In this document: positions 21,801 through 33,439 of the stretch, piece by piece
How positions within the stretch are numbered: the first letter of the stretch is position 1
Layout: each line of letters starts with the position of its first letter
Assembly (NCBI GenBank): GCA_000708835.1
Contig: DF237378.1
Location: 1 to 36,666 of the forward strand
Direction of reading: 5' to 3'
Source: Klebsormidium nitens
Taxonomy: Eukaryota; Plantae; Klebsormidiophyceae
Length of the DNA: 36,666 nt
The notes under the pieces: model-generated
Told to the model about the DNA's origin: nothing
Seen by the model: only the letters and a program-made list of their open reading frames with translations
The model's database searches: none
Made by a program: the position numbers and the translations under genes

Positions 21801-24800
21801 GCACAAATGGAAGGCGTCAATCGAGACGGGCAATTGAGAACGCTTCTGGCACAACGGGGCTTCAATGGTCATAGGGCCTGGTAGCCTGCTGACGTCGTCC
21901 TCGAGTCCTTACAAGTCCTTCCACCATAGAGTGGTTCCAATCAGTACCAGCAGGTTCAAAGGAAGACAAAAGCGAATGAGGATCTGGCGAGACCAATGCA
22001 CTTGCCGCGCAACTCCTTTTGGTCCATCGTGTATACATATCACAGTCTTTTCGAGGCGTCATTCTTGCGAAAGTCTAAGCCGCGCAAAGATATTCTAGAA
22101 TGAGATAGTGGGACTCAGTAGGCAGCTATTGCGATTGCGAAGGGCGATCATCTCAGGGATCTCATTAAGATTGGATATTTCGACGCGAGCCGACATGACT
22201 GTGGCTTGTCCGCTGATCGACTTCACGAAGCGAGCGCTGTAAAGTGCAATACGGCTTCGACACGAAGCAAGGGAGGCTGAATCCATCAAGCATCACTTTC
22301 AGAGGAAGCCGGTCTTGAGGTGAGGACGCACTGATTCAAAAATTGGGAACTGTTGTGAAATCCGAGCTGCTTGGAAAAGGCAAAAGAGCGACGTCGTCGT
22401 AAGGCGGCACGGACGGCCGTTCTTGGCCCCGACTCCCCCCAGCAGCCAGCCCACGTATGCGTACAGGATCTGCCGGAACTTTTGCCGATGACTTCTGTCA
22501 GGTTGCGTCCAAAGCGGCCGCGTCGCAGCTCGCGGAGTCGCCTCCGAAGCCGCACGACGCGCGGTGCCGCCGCGGGTCTCGCGACCGCCTGACCTTCGCA
22601 GTTGTAAGGCAGTCTTTCAAGAGAGGCGGTTTATGCGCCCGAGAGCATAAACCGCGCAGCGCGCGAGCGCGAGAGACGCGGTCTGATAAAAACACTTCAC
22701 TCATCCGTCATACAATGGCAGCGCCACGGTATCTGGCCCCGTATCTGATTTAAGATAATGGATTGATCAGCAGCTCTTAAAGAAGTGTCCATTCAGAATT
22801 TGATGTAGCATCAAACCCAGCCCAGAATGCAGATTAAAGTGTACCGTTCGATGAGCCCTCAAGTTCGACCAGCCAGTACCAGCAGATTGGGTTTCCCAGT
22901 ATTTACTTTCGGTGCTTTCAGGTGGTTCTGAGTAAACAATACCGGCGCGATGGCCACCCAGCTGTCCTCATCGCCGGATTTCATCAGACGTATGCTACAT
23001 CGATCAGAAATATCCCTGATGCAAACATCAGCTGATCAACAAAGTTGAAAGACCGCCAACTTCAAATCTGCCTACGTCCACTCCCATGATCGGACCAATA
23101 CGTCGAAGGATGACAATGAAGCGATAATGCCGCGGATTTGCAAGCACCGCAGGCGCTTGATTAGCGGCACATGAAATTACTCCCAAAAAGGCCGGCCTCA
23201 TCCCAAGAGCATAGCGACTTCGATCACTTTCTGCCACCTGGACCCTTGGCCTCAGCATTCCAGGACGACCCATGACCGCCACGTGGGCCAGAAGTTAACA
23301 GGCGCATCCTTGCCGCATTCTGGGCAAACCGTCGGCGGATTTAATTGTGCACGTCGAAATTGATCTAGGCGTCGGATTTCCGCTGCATATTAGGTCGCGA
23401 TGGGGTGAACAGATTTGCTGGTTTGACTGATCCAGAGTGCAGAATGCTGTTGATTCTTGTAATCTGAAGGAGGAGGACATCCCGTCCCATGGCAATATCT
23501 GTCTCCCGCAATCGGCGCAGACTTCATAAAGCGGAGACGACTGCGATAGGGATAAGCCTTGAATATCAGCCTTTTCAATTGCAACGGAAAAACTTGAAGG
23601 CTCTCGACGGCCAGGTCATGTCGATGTGCGACAGTTCCACCCATCGAACATCCTTGCCAGAGTTTCCTTCTCCGAGATCTTTCAGATATTACCTTCCCTT
23701 AAACAGAATCCACAACCTGCCTTCTCTTTCTGATTATCTTCCACTCTTCTTGCACTTATCCCGAGAGAAGAGCATTCCCAAGGACGACGCATACGCGGCA
23801 AACTGCCGTGCATAATTCCCAGTTCTTCACAGACTTCGCTGTTATGCTCTGAATTCCAGATGCCAAAATATCGTGAGAAAAACTTTCTGCGATGTGATTT
23901 CAGTGTTTCCGTGAACACAATTTGATCTGGACGGCTCATAAAAGCCGGCACAAATGTGATCATGATATTCAAGTTTGTTGTCCTGGCAACAATCGCAAGC
24001 GGTGAAAGGAAGGGTGACAGAAGCACAAGGGAAAGCTAGCTAGGACGATGATCAAAGTACACGGAGCTCCGGCTGAAAGCGGAACGGAGGACGGAAGCGG
24101 AATGGTATTGGGAACGAGAAGGGCAAGCCGAGGATGTGCAAGGGACGCCCAATCGAAGCTGAACCGTACGGACAGCTGTTCGAGCACCGATCCGCACCGA
24201 TGGAGGCATTCGCAGAGTCTTAGAACTTTCAACTGTCCCAGAAATAGGTCAAGTCAAAATGGGCTGCGCCGCTACCACTTTGAAAAGATGGGCAGAATAC
24301 AGGCGACGGCGGGCCTGGTGTCGAAGGATTTTTGGTAAGATTTTCGTACGCGTTCATTCAATTATCCAACAACCCACAGTAAGCAAAGCGTTCCTAAAGA
24401 TCGTAGGGCAGCGTTCAAGATTGCCAGCTGGCATCATAACCCCTGCAGCGTGCGCGCGCGGCAGAACTGAAGGTTTTCGCCGCCGACTTCTGTGGCCCCC
24501 CCTTACAGCCGCCTGCGGCGCAGCCGCGTGGCGTGCTGCAAATTTGCGTTGCTGCAAAGCAACACGAAAGGAGGGAGAAAGCGTGGACAACCGCGCGCGC
24601 GCACAAGCGCTTCAGCGCGTAAGGCGACTAACGGCGACAGATAAAAGGATGCCCTCATGTGGGGCCGTATTTGATTTGGTGGAGACACTTTGGGGTAAGG
24701 AACGGGCTGATCACAGTCGGTCAAGCTTCTTTCACACCTAAATTGACCACAAAAACGGCTTTGGTTCATAAGCCCCAGACCTCCTCGACGCTTTTTGTCA

Positions 24801-25423
24801 TTGTGGAAACGTTTTTCTACTTTCCGAACCGAAAGGCTTCGGCGTCATTCGAAAGGGAGGAAAGTAGAGGTGGTCGTTATGGGCACCCAATAATTGTCCA
24901 TCACCACCGCGAGCGCGTGTCACTCCTTCTTTAGATCACCAAGACCAGAATCACGATCAGCGAGAAGAAGGGCGATGCATGGGGTGGATGAGCTAGTGGA
25001 GTGTCCAGTGATTATATATGTACCTTATCAATTTTGACTTCCACTATTGGGTCGCTAAAAACGGTGGCGGCCCGGGGTTGCTCTCGGGTTGCAAACAGAC
25101 CGTCTCGGATCTCACACGTGTTTGTTTATTATCATCGACAACCACTTTTCATTGAAGCAACGAGGTGGAGGGGGGCCAAAACAAGAGCATGAACGACTCT
25201 CTATCGATCAGTGGCCGCAGGATGCAGCCAGCCTTGATTCCTCTTTGCCACACTGGCTTGAAGCTTTGCTCCGGTGCTTGAGCCTTTCGAAGCCTCCTCG
25301 TAGATGAGATAAAGGTTCAACATTGAAGCGGTGCGGATTCGCAAGGACCAAGTAACACAGGGAGCCTTGGCTTCTAACAGGAGCAAAACCAGGGCCAAAC
25401 CGAGGCGTTCCGCCCTGGAGAAT

Positions 25424-25486
25424 TGGCGGGCGAACCGGAGCTGAAGTGGCGCGCCGGACGCCCGTTCAGCTCCGGTTCGTCCGCCA
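25424..25486. repeat. Inverted repeat / stable hairpin
   Basis: 22-bp stem (25424-25445 / 25465-25486) with one G-T pair and a 19-nt loop; pairing extends imperfectly for about 8 more bp. Confidence 0.75.
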
Positions 25487-25911
25487 CTTTTCCGGAGCGG
25501 AACCTCCGCTTTGGCCCTGCTTCGATTGCTCCTTTTCTAAGCCAACTTGAAGTGGCACTGTGTAACCGGCGCCGCGGCTGGGCGGCCTTCTGCCCGCATG
25601 GGCTACGAATCACATTGAAAAAATACAATTTGCCGTAGCCGAGATACGGGCGAGACCGCCCTGGGCTCATTCTTACTTTCGTTCCTTCATCGCGCGTGGC
25701 GCCTTCTAGTGTTCTTCTCTTTGAGTATAGCTTTCTATTACGAATCACAAACCGTGGGAAGCAGTAGCAAAGACAATGAACTTATTTGATTGAGTCATGG
25801 AAGCGGCATCATTCTAGAAACCCACAGTGTTACGTGGCTTCGGTTAAGAGCCACGGGGACAACTTGATGCTCGTCATTGCCAATTGACTCACTGCAGTTT
25901 CTGTTAGAAGT

Positions 25912-26023
25912 NNNNNNNNNNNNNNNNNNNNNNNNNNNNNNNNNNNNNNNNNNNNNNNNNNNNNNNNNNNNNNNNNNNNNNNNNNNNNNNNNNNNNNNNN
26001 NNNNNNNNNNNNNNNNNNNNNNN
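25912..26023. other. Assembly gap (under-sized; hides most of the 5' LTR and the PBS)
   Basis: 112 Ns, whereas the sister LTR is 377 bp. Confidence 0.9.
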
Positions 26024-26112
26024 AGGGAAGGAATGAAGGGAAACGTGGAAGAAAGGAGAGGGGAATAAGCCTCCTTTGGTGAGGGCTTGAGCAAACCCTA
26101 AAAGTGTGCTCA

Positions 26113-27807
26113 ATGGCGGGTGTTGACAAACTCTCCTCGGCGGTGCCAAAGTTGAAGGGAGAGAATTGGGGAGTATGGAAAGACAAGATCCAAGCCCTCT
26201 TAGAGTTCAATGGGCTGTTTGTGGCAATTGAAGAGCCCGACACGGAAGAAGGGCGGAAGGCTTCCACAAAAGCAAAGGCGTTGATCAAGTTGTCCGTTGA
26301 GGATGCATTTGTGAAGCTCATTGCGGGGGAGACCACAGCAGCCGGGGCATGGAAGAAACTGAAGCAGAACTTTGAGAAAACCAGCAATGCGAGAGTGGTC
26401 CAGCTCACGGGGAAGCTGACCAACATGAAGCTTGGTGAAAAGCAGAGCATTGCTGAGTATTTGGGGGAGTTTCGGGAGATCAAGGTAGATCTGGAGGCGG
26501 CAGGGCAGACCATCTCAGATCTGCAGCTGACGGTGCATGCCTTGAAGGGGCTGCCTAAGGAGTATGAGACTCTCAGAGAGATTCTAGAGGCGGGAGACGA
26601 TGAGCTGAGCTTGGACATGGCGCAGCCAAAACTGATGCAGCGGGAGCAGAGGCTGCAAGGTGAGAGCACGCCTGCGCTGGCGGAGAGTGCAGATGGGGGG
26701 CAGGCGTCGGCCTTTGTGGCCAAGCACAGGCACTATGGGAGCTCAGGAGGGGGCAGGGGCAGCTCACGGGAGCATGCGGGTAGCTCAGACTCGCGGGGTT
26801 GTTACGGATGTGGCGAGAAGGGCCACATCAAGATGTACTGCAAGCACCGAAATGAGGACTGCGAGAACTGCGGCAAGCGGGGACACACAAAGGCGGTGTG
26901 CAGGCAGCCGGCAGGAAAAGGCGAGCGGGCATATGCGGCCAGGGAGGGAGCAGACGTGCGCGGCGTGGCGTTCACAGCGTGGCAAGGCAGCGCTGGAGCA
27001 CAGACGGGGGTCTGGCTGGTAGATTCTGGCAGCACGCAGCACATCACAGGTGATCGGGGCAAGTTCGTGAGCTACAGGAAGCTCGAACAGCCGGAGGTGA
27101 TTGAAGGGATCGGGGGAGAGCCCTTGACAGCGGTCGGAGTTGGGGTGGTCGAGCTGCAGTGTAGGACCCCAAGCGGAGTGGGCACAGTGACGTTGTACGA
27201 GGTGAGACACGTGCCCAAGGCGAGGGCAAACTTGTTTGCTCTGAGGAGGTCGACAGACGCAGGGGCGAGGGTGACCATTGAGGGGCGGGTCGCTCAGTTT
27301 GAGCTGGGCGGAGTTGTGTGCATGGAGGCGGAGGAGAAGAACGGCCTATGGGAAATCGCAATGGCCGGAGCAAAGCCGGAAGAGGGGGTGTGGGTGTTTG
27401 ATGAAACCCCTCGGTATTCGATGGACGGAGCGAAGAAGGCGCCGGCGGCGGCGCAAAAGAAGGCGCAAGCGGAAAGCGTGAAGGAGAAACGGGAGGAGCT
27501 CGTGGAGATTGAGCTCGAGTTTGACGAGGCCGGGGTAGAGCCTCAAGCGGAGAAAGTGAAGAGCAGGGCAACGGGGGAGCCGGTAGGAGCAAAGACCCCG
27601 GCAAACAAGGAGACGGGAAAGAAGAGGGGAACCCGGGCGGCGGCAACGGAAGCCGTGGAGATTGAGGAGATTGACCTCCGGGGGAGCAACTCGGAGAACG
27701 AGAAGACACCGGAGAAGAACGAGAAGCGGCGCTATCCGGAAAGAGTCCGGAAGCCGGCAACATGGCTCGAGGCGGCCAAAGCGACAAGGAGTGCGGAGAA
27801 GGGCTAG
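26113..27807 (+). CDS. Copia Gag-aspartic protease polyprotein lacking integrase, RT and RNase H
   Basis: 564-aa open frame. Copia gag N-terminus (LKGENWGVWKDKIQALLEFNGL; ESIAEY-like QSIAEYL; ALKGLPKEYE), two CCHC knuckles (CYGCGEKGHIKMYC, CENCGKRGHTKAVC), protease WLVDSGSTQHIT, then a charged linker ending RRYPERVRKPATWLE. Confidence 0.9.
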   Translation: MAGVDKLSSAVPKLKGENWGVWKDKIQALLEFNGLFVAIEEPDTEEGRKASTKAKALIKLSVEDAFVKLIAGETTAAGAWKKLKQNFEKTSNARVVQLTGKLTNMKLGEKQSIAEYLGEFREIKVDLEAAGQTISDLQLTVHALKGLPKEYETLREILEAGDDELSLDMAQPKLMQREQRLQGESTPALAESADGGQASAFVAKHRHYGSSGGGRGSSREHAGSSDSRGCYGCGEKGHIKMYCKHRNEDCENCGKRGHTKAVCRQPAGKGERAYAAREGADVRGVAFTAWQGSAGAQTGVWLVDSGSTQHITGDRGKFVSYRKLEQPEVIEGIGGEPLTAVGVGVVELQCRTPSGVGTVTLYEVRHVPKARANLFALRRSTDAGARVTIEGRVAQFELGGVVCMEAEEKNGLWEIAMAGAKPEEGVWVFDETPRYSMDGAKKAPAAAQKKAQAESVKEKREELVEIELEFDEAGVEPQAEKVKSRATGEPVGAKTPANKETGKKRGTRAAATEAVEIEEIDLRGSNSENEKTPEKNEKRRYPERVRKPATWLEAAKATRSAEKG

Positions 27808-27829
27808 GAGCATGTCGGCTGAGGGGGAG

Positions 27830-28206
27830 TGTTAGAAGTCGTTGACTCATAATGAGTCAGCCGACAGCTTATCGACGGCCCAGATACGTAGGCTCTAAAG
27901 TTAGTTAGATCGGACGGTAAAGAAGAGCCTAGAGCCCAAAGGTGTTGAACTTGGAATAGACCCAGTAACGGTAGACTGGAGACTCACAACAGTGATCAGA
28001 TTTGATAGGCTGCTAGACTTGATAGAGGAGACGAACATGAAGATGATTGTATTCATTCTAAGAGAAGTGCTTAGGAGAGAAGGGGCGCTTCAGTGTAGGG
28101 CGTTCAGCCCCGTGAAACTCAGAATGTGTCGGCGTGTTCCACGGGCATGAGAAGCCTGCGGCGTTTGATGGCGTGCTTATGATGTGATGAAGGGTGATTC
28201 TCAACA
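27830..28206 (+). repeat. 3' LTR (377 bp)
   Basis: TG...CA termini with short inverted ends (TGTTAGA / TCTCAACA), directly after the PPT and followed by the TSD. Confidence 0.9.
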
Positions 28207-30024
28207 GTTTCCGTAAACTTCAAAGCGGGACTTCCGCAGCCCAGACCGTGCTCCTTCCATGCAACAGTATCCCTCCCAAATGAAACAGGGAGGCTGTAAC
28301 AGGTTCCTAAAAATTAATGGCACGCATATCGTTTTTCCCTGTGCTCCGAATGCTCGCCGTGAATCTTGTGCATTTTACCCGCGAAGCAAATCAATGTGAC
28401 ATCAACTGGGCAGGTTTGGTTTGCTTTTCGATTCAAGGACGTCTTCAGGAATGTTTGGCATGGGTACAAAAGTCGGATGATGTACTGCTGATGACTGGAG
28501 GAAACGAAGTTCTGAGATTTGACACCGATTCTTTTTGAGTCTCAGCCAGATTCCGTGCTCTTACGGCCATGAATGCTGGTCAAGAGCAGTAGACGCATAA
28601 ATTCAGGCGAACCAACAAGAGAGTTGAGTACATGGGGCATCAAAAGTCCTAACGACTGTTGACATAAACCCTAGTCGTTTCTCTTGTCAGCATGATTGCC
28701 AAGCACTGCCAGTGCATCAGGCTCAAAAAAAGACACCTATGCTAGCGGAGTCCAGCAAAGGAGATACGCAAACATTCTATCAAGCTAGGAAGGCTTGGCT
28801 GGACACCCCCTAGCTTGAAAGTATTTGCCCACAAATCGGACGAATCAAGTCGAGTCCATGTTGCGGCAATGATTTAGGGACATTTTGTTGCAAATGGTAG
28901 TATTCGGGCCCACAACAAAAGGATATACACTTTGATGTTGCTGAACAGGAACCCCCAACAAGCCAGGATTTTGGAATGCATGGATTAATCCCAAAATTCA
29001 AGCTCGGCTAGAATTGAAAGCCTGATCTTGGTATTCTTCACGGTGTTAATCACAAGCTCGTAATCGTTACTTACTCTTGAATATACGAGGCTTAAGTCCA
29101 CCAGACTACCGGCACACGGCGATCATAGATGGCCACAAGCGGCTGCTTGGACTTCGATCTTTGCCTGCCGTAGTTTCATTCGAAGCGTCGTCTCCTCCTT
29201 CTTTCTTGATTTCAAAAACAATAATGGAGGAGCACGGAACCCACATTCTACTGATATGCACCTCTCATCAGCGATATTTCACACCCTTCACCTTCGGCGC
29301 GGGGCGTCTCTTAAAAGCTCGGCGCAGAAACAAATGTAATGATGTTATGCCGACGTTGAGATTTTCGGAATGGAGAGCGAGACTCGGATTGGAAAGGCCT
29401 ATGTGCGGAGCCGTGCCATGAGTGAGAGCAGCCAGTATCATGAGGGCACTATAAAGTAGCCTGTCTTATGTAGATATCCCGCTGACTTCAAGAGTGTAAG
29501 TATTTGCGACTTCGAGGTGAACTATGCAGCACGACCGAAACGCTGATCTTCCGAGTCGCTGCCTCTATGCAGGCAACAACCACTCCGCGTAGTCTCACCT
29601 CCTCTCGATGAGCAGAAGCAACCTTTTCGGAAAATGGGCTTTAAGCTGAAACTTGTGAAGAGACTCAAAGGAGACAGGGCGACTGCGGATTGCGGCCTGC
29701 GGCCTTGCTCATCGGCAGCATCCCTGCTCCGTTGCCCTACGCTTTCAACATCTCGGTCCTACCGATTCTGCGGATCCGCTTGAATTCAGTTCATTCAGTC
29801 GCCCAACGAGTGGCCGCGTTGCAAGTCAAAAGCTGGCATCGAAGACATCTGGAGTAGCGCGCGCGCGCCCCGCTGGACGAACGAGCATGTGGCTTCGCAG
29901 TCCGGTCGCCACTGCGGCCAGCGAGCGCCATAAGGCTCCTCAAGCACATCGCGTCCGACATGTGCTGTAGATTCATACACTAAGCGGGGCACGAACGCAA
30001 GCGCGCGAGTACGCGGAGACAGCT

Positions 30025-30355
30025 GCATGACGTCAGCATGCCCAATCCATTCTCCCCTTCACTGGCTGCAGATCGCAGCCAGCTTTAGTTTCTCATCGCC
30101 TCAGCTTCAAAAATTTTGAGATCTTCACGTCCGCCCAGCTTTTCCAAGCAATTAGGAGTTGACGTCTACGTACAGCGGATTAGAACGGCGTAGCAAAGAT
30201 TCTGTTTCTGATTTTGAGCAAGCCAAAAGCTTCATCGAGCGATAACCAGATTAGCATGCAAAGCACGGCCCTTTTGGAATCGCGCGTGCGTCTATGAAAC
30301 GATGCCGCACCAGAATTCAGCATTTGATGAACCGTTTCCAATCAGGAACCTAAGT
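30025..30355 (+). repeat. Diverged direct repeat, copy 1 (paralog at 32825-33300)
   Basis: Collinear shared blocks: GC.TGACGTCAGCATG; TGGCTGC(A/G)GAT(C/T)GC(A/G)GCCAG; TAGTT.CTCAT; AGCAA.CCAAA.GCTTCATC.AGCG; CGTCTA..TGAAA; CAGAATT; CAGGAACCTA.GT. Confidence 0.65.
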
Positions 30356-32824
30356 TGCAAGAGTCTTGGATGCAGCAAACAGAGCCATGCAAGATCCCGA
30401 AAAACATTGCATCGAAGTTAAGGACTTGAGTAACCAAAACGAGTGTCGACAAGCTGGCATCACTCTGTCTTGAGAGGACTGTGACGTGGCGGATCTGTTG
30501 TTTTGTAAACAGAAACTTCAGATCATTGTCATGATTTTATCGCCCAAGTACGAGTTGCGTTGAGGCGTGGTATTAGAAGCGGAAGGTTCAGGTGTCAAAG
30601 GATCGAACAGCTTTCTCTGGGGTCAGCAGCACGGAGGGAACGATTTTCTGATCCACAAAGCCTCCGGATAACTTTCGACCGCTCCGGATGGGTCCCCACG
30701 GGCTCACACACTTGGGTCTCACATCCGGCAAGCGCAAGCGCGCGCGCGAAAGCCTGACTCGTGCCGCGCCCCGATTGGCCGGCCACCCTAAAGACTGAGA
30801 GTGCCAGGTGCGCGTGTGCGCGTCTGCGGGTGCACAGACGTGATCGCCACGGATTCGCCGTGGGTATTTCAAACCCAACCGCTTGTGGGCCTCTGAGAGA
30901 TCTGTTTCGAGTTATTCGCCCGTCCTAGGCCTCCTCAAAATCACGGCGCGGGGTTCGGAACCAAATGGGTTTCAATCCGGCGCGGAATTGAATCCGCTCC
31001 AAAATGGGAGGGAATGCCAAAAACATCTGCGGGTCTAACCGAGTTTTGCGGGCTCTCATTTCAAGCGAAGTTGGGCGGTACGTTAATCCAGACGTGGTGA
31101 CAGAGCGAGGCGGCGTTAGACGACATGCTCGTATAGATTTGAAACGCGCGCGTCACTGTGCGGCCGCGCGCGCGGGTCAAATCCAGGCCGACGCCCGGGC
31201 TCTTGAGGTTCTCTTTTTTTGGGAGACGAGCGCGGCACAAAACTGTGCCGCAAGCCGCGGCCTCGACGAAAGACAAGCAATTCAAAGGTCGGGAGTTGCA
31301 GACGTTAATAACATACTTCTCTTTTCGTAATGACGTTCGTATGAGGATTCTTAGAAACTTATCGAATGACAATTGTTGGGATATGCAGCCACCCGGAAGA
31401 GGGAAAAAGCGCTGCAAATGGTGCGAACGGAGTGAGAAGAGGGAAGGCGCTTGAGCTTGAGGTGAAAACGCGCCAATGCTCAAAAGTCAAATTCGTCACT
31501 GCCTCGTTGCGGCCGCTCTTTGCTTTGTCACATAACGAGCGCGAGTGGAAACCACTCAGCATACAGCCTGATACCGACTCGCAGCGGAAGAAACCGGGAG
31601 AAATCGACGAATCCCGGGTCTGAACAGACGTACAGCGTACGCGAGGGTGTTTGCCAGAAACGCACGGCTCATTGCGCTTCCCGTCAGGTAGACTTAACAC
31701 CAAAGAATTTAAACGGGTTTAAAAAGCAAACTAATACAGTGTCGCGCTGAGCGTGCCATATTGTCGATCTCGCACACTCCGCCTCAATTTCTCCGGGCGC
31801 CTGCAAGTGATCATGAGGGCATCAGCCATTGACCAGCATTTCGCGCTGAAAGATTTCCAAAATTCTCACCCCGCTAGATATTTTTACCCATAAGCGGCTT
31901 TTGATCAGACCGACCGGCCCAGTTCACTCCTCATCGCCAACGCTCGGGTCTTTGCTCCTCACCGAAATTGCACGTAGGTTTGCAAGCAAACAGCAGGCCA
32001 GTCGACAATTATAGAAGGACGCGGAGCGATCTAACTGCCCTGCGCCCCTTGCGCAGAAGCGCGCGAGCACAAATTGTCCCGTCATGCAGGGCCGTACTAC
32101 TAAGGCGGGACATATTTCCCCCGACCCGGTCCTCGTGAACGCGGCGTCAGATGACCACCAAAGAGGAAGATGGGTGCGATTCCCACCCAGTAGTCCATCA
32201 TCACCGGGGTTCCGTGCTTTTTTCCTCGATCACTGTTTCACCACCTTACGATTCGTGCAATGCTCGTTTCAATTCCAGTTGCAGCAACTCTCGTATAACC
32301 CAGGCGAAATCCAGAATTTTTTACTGCCTGTACCCGGAACGTCCGTAAGCGTTTTCAATATCCTTGTTTTATGTGAATACTTTCAGCATTCAGACTTTAA
32401 TTGCTGGCTGCGGACAGTTAAGACGGGTGTACTACATCATTCACAGAAGAGGGAGCCGGTGACGACCTGGAAAGGGGCCGGGAACAACAGCGTGACGTCA
32501 GCACACCCTCCCCCCATTCACCGCAAATTGCAGCCAGGCTATTAGATTCTCATTGCCACTGCTTGAATCTTTGCCCCTGACTCGTCGCATGTCTGAGTCG
32601 TCACTCGTGGACGATCGATATTTGATGCAGTGTTTGTTTTTCTTCGACAGAAAACCGCGTCCGGCAGCTCGAGTGGGCTGTTATTAATCACAAGGAGAAT
32701 TTGGTGGCAGCATAGCAAGCCGGTGTGACGGCGGGGCGCGCCCCCATGAATGGAGCAGGAAGGTAGCACCAGAAAGGGAGCTACCCATTATGCATGGCTA
32801 AACAGAAATAGGGCGGATAAATTT

Positions 32825-33300
32825 GCGTGACGTCAGCATGAATCACAATGCAGCCGTTGGCTGCGGATTGCGGCCAGGCCTAGTTCCTCATGATCGCCTG
32901 CACAGCTTGACATCTTTCCGCAGCCTTTCATCGACCATAAAGAGACCGCATCGTAAAGTAAGAGGGCTTGTAAACTAGAGCGTGGTTGACTCTCGAGGAT
33001 AACATTTACAGCCGGCCGCTAGCTTGCTTAGTAATCAACCGTAGCCAAAAAGCAGCAGCATTTGGACCCCGGCTTGGCGCGCGCGGCTTCACGACAGCTT
33101 TTTGTTAACACATAGCAGATTAAAGCAGGAAAGTCCGTGACAAAGAAACCATTTTATTCAGCAACCAAAGGCTTCATCTAGCGTAAAGTTACCACGCTAA
33201 GCACCTGCCCGTCCAAAACAACATGAGTCGTCTACATGAAATGAAAGCGCCCCAGCTCCTCAGAATTATGATAGACTTTTGAGCAAACAGGAACCTAGGT
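32825..33300 (+). repeat. Diverged direct repeat, copy 2
   Basis: Same collinear blocks as 30025-30355, with about 145 bp of extra internal sequence. Confidence 0.65.
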
Positions 33301-33439
33301 CGAACCTCAAAGTGGGGTCTGATCGACAGAATGAATGAGTCTGGAGACGACACCAACAGACGGCAGATTAAAACGCAGTGCCCACTTCATTGAACAAAAA
33401 ACTGATTCGATTAGCAGTCGACGGGCTCCTTCACCATCT

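Larger units (their letters stand above)
25902..28206 (+). mobile_element. Ty1/copia LTR retrotransposon, non-autonomous (Gag-PR only)
   Basis: 5' LTR start TGTTAGAAGT at 25902 (rest in the N gap) matches the 3' LTR start at 27830; the LTR ends TCTCAACA at 28206. 5-bp TSD GTTTC at 25897-25901 and 28207-28211. PPT GAGGGGGAG at 27821-27829. Confidence 0.92.

Noticed and set aside
25830-27850. Antisense ORFs 25830-26723 and 27044-27850
   Set aside because: Shadows of the purine-rich copia ORF; Ser/Pro-rich and partly spanning Ns.
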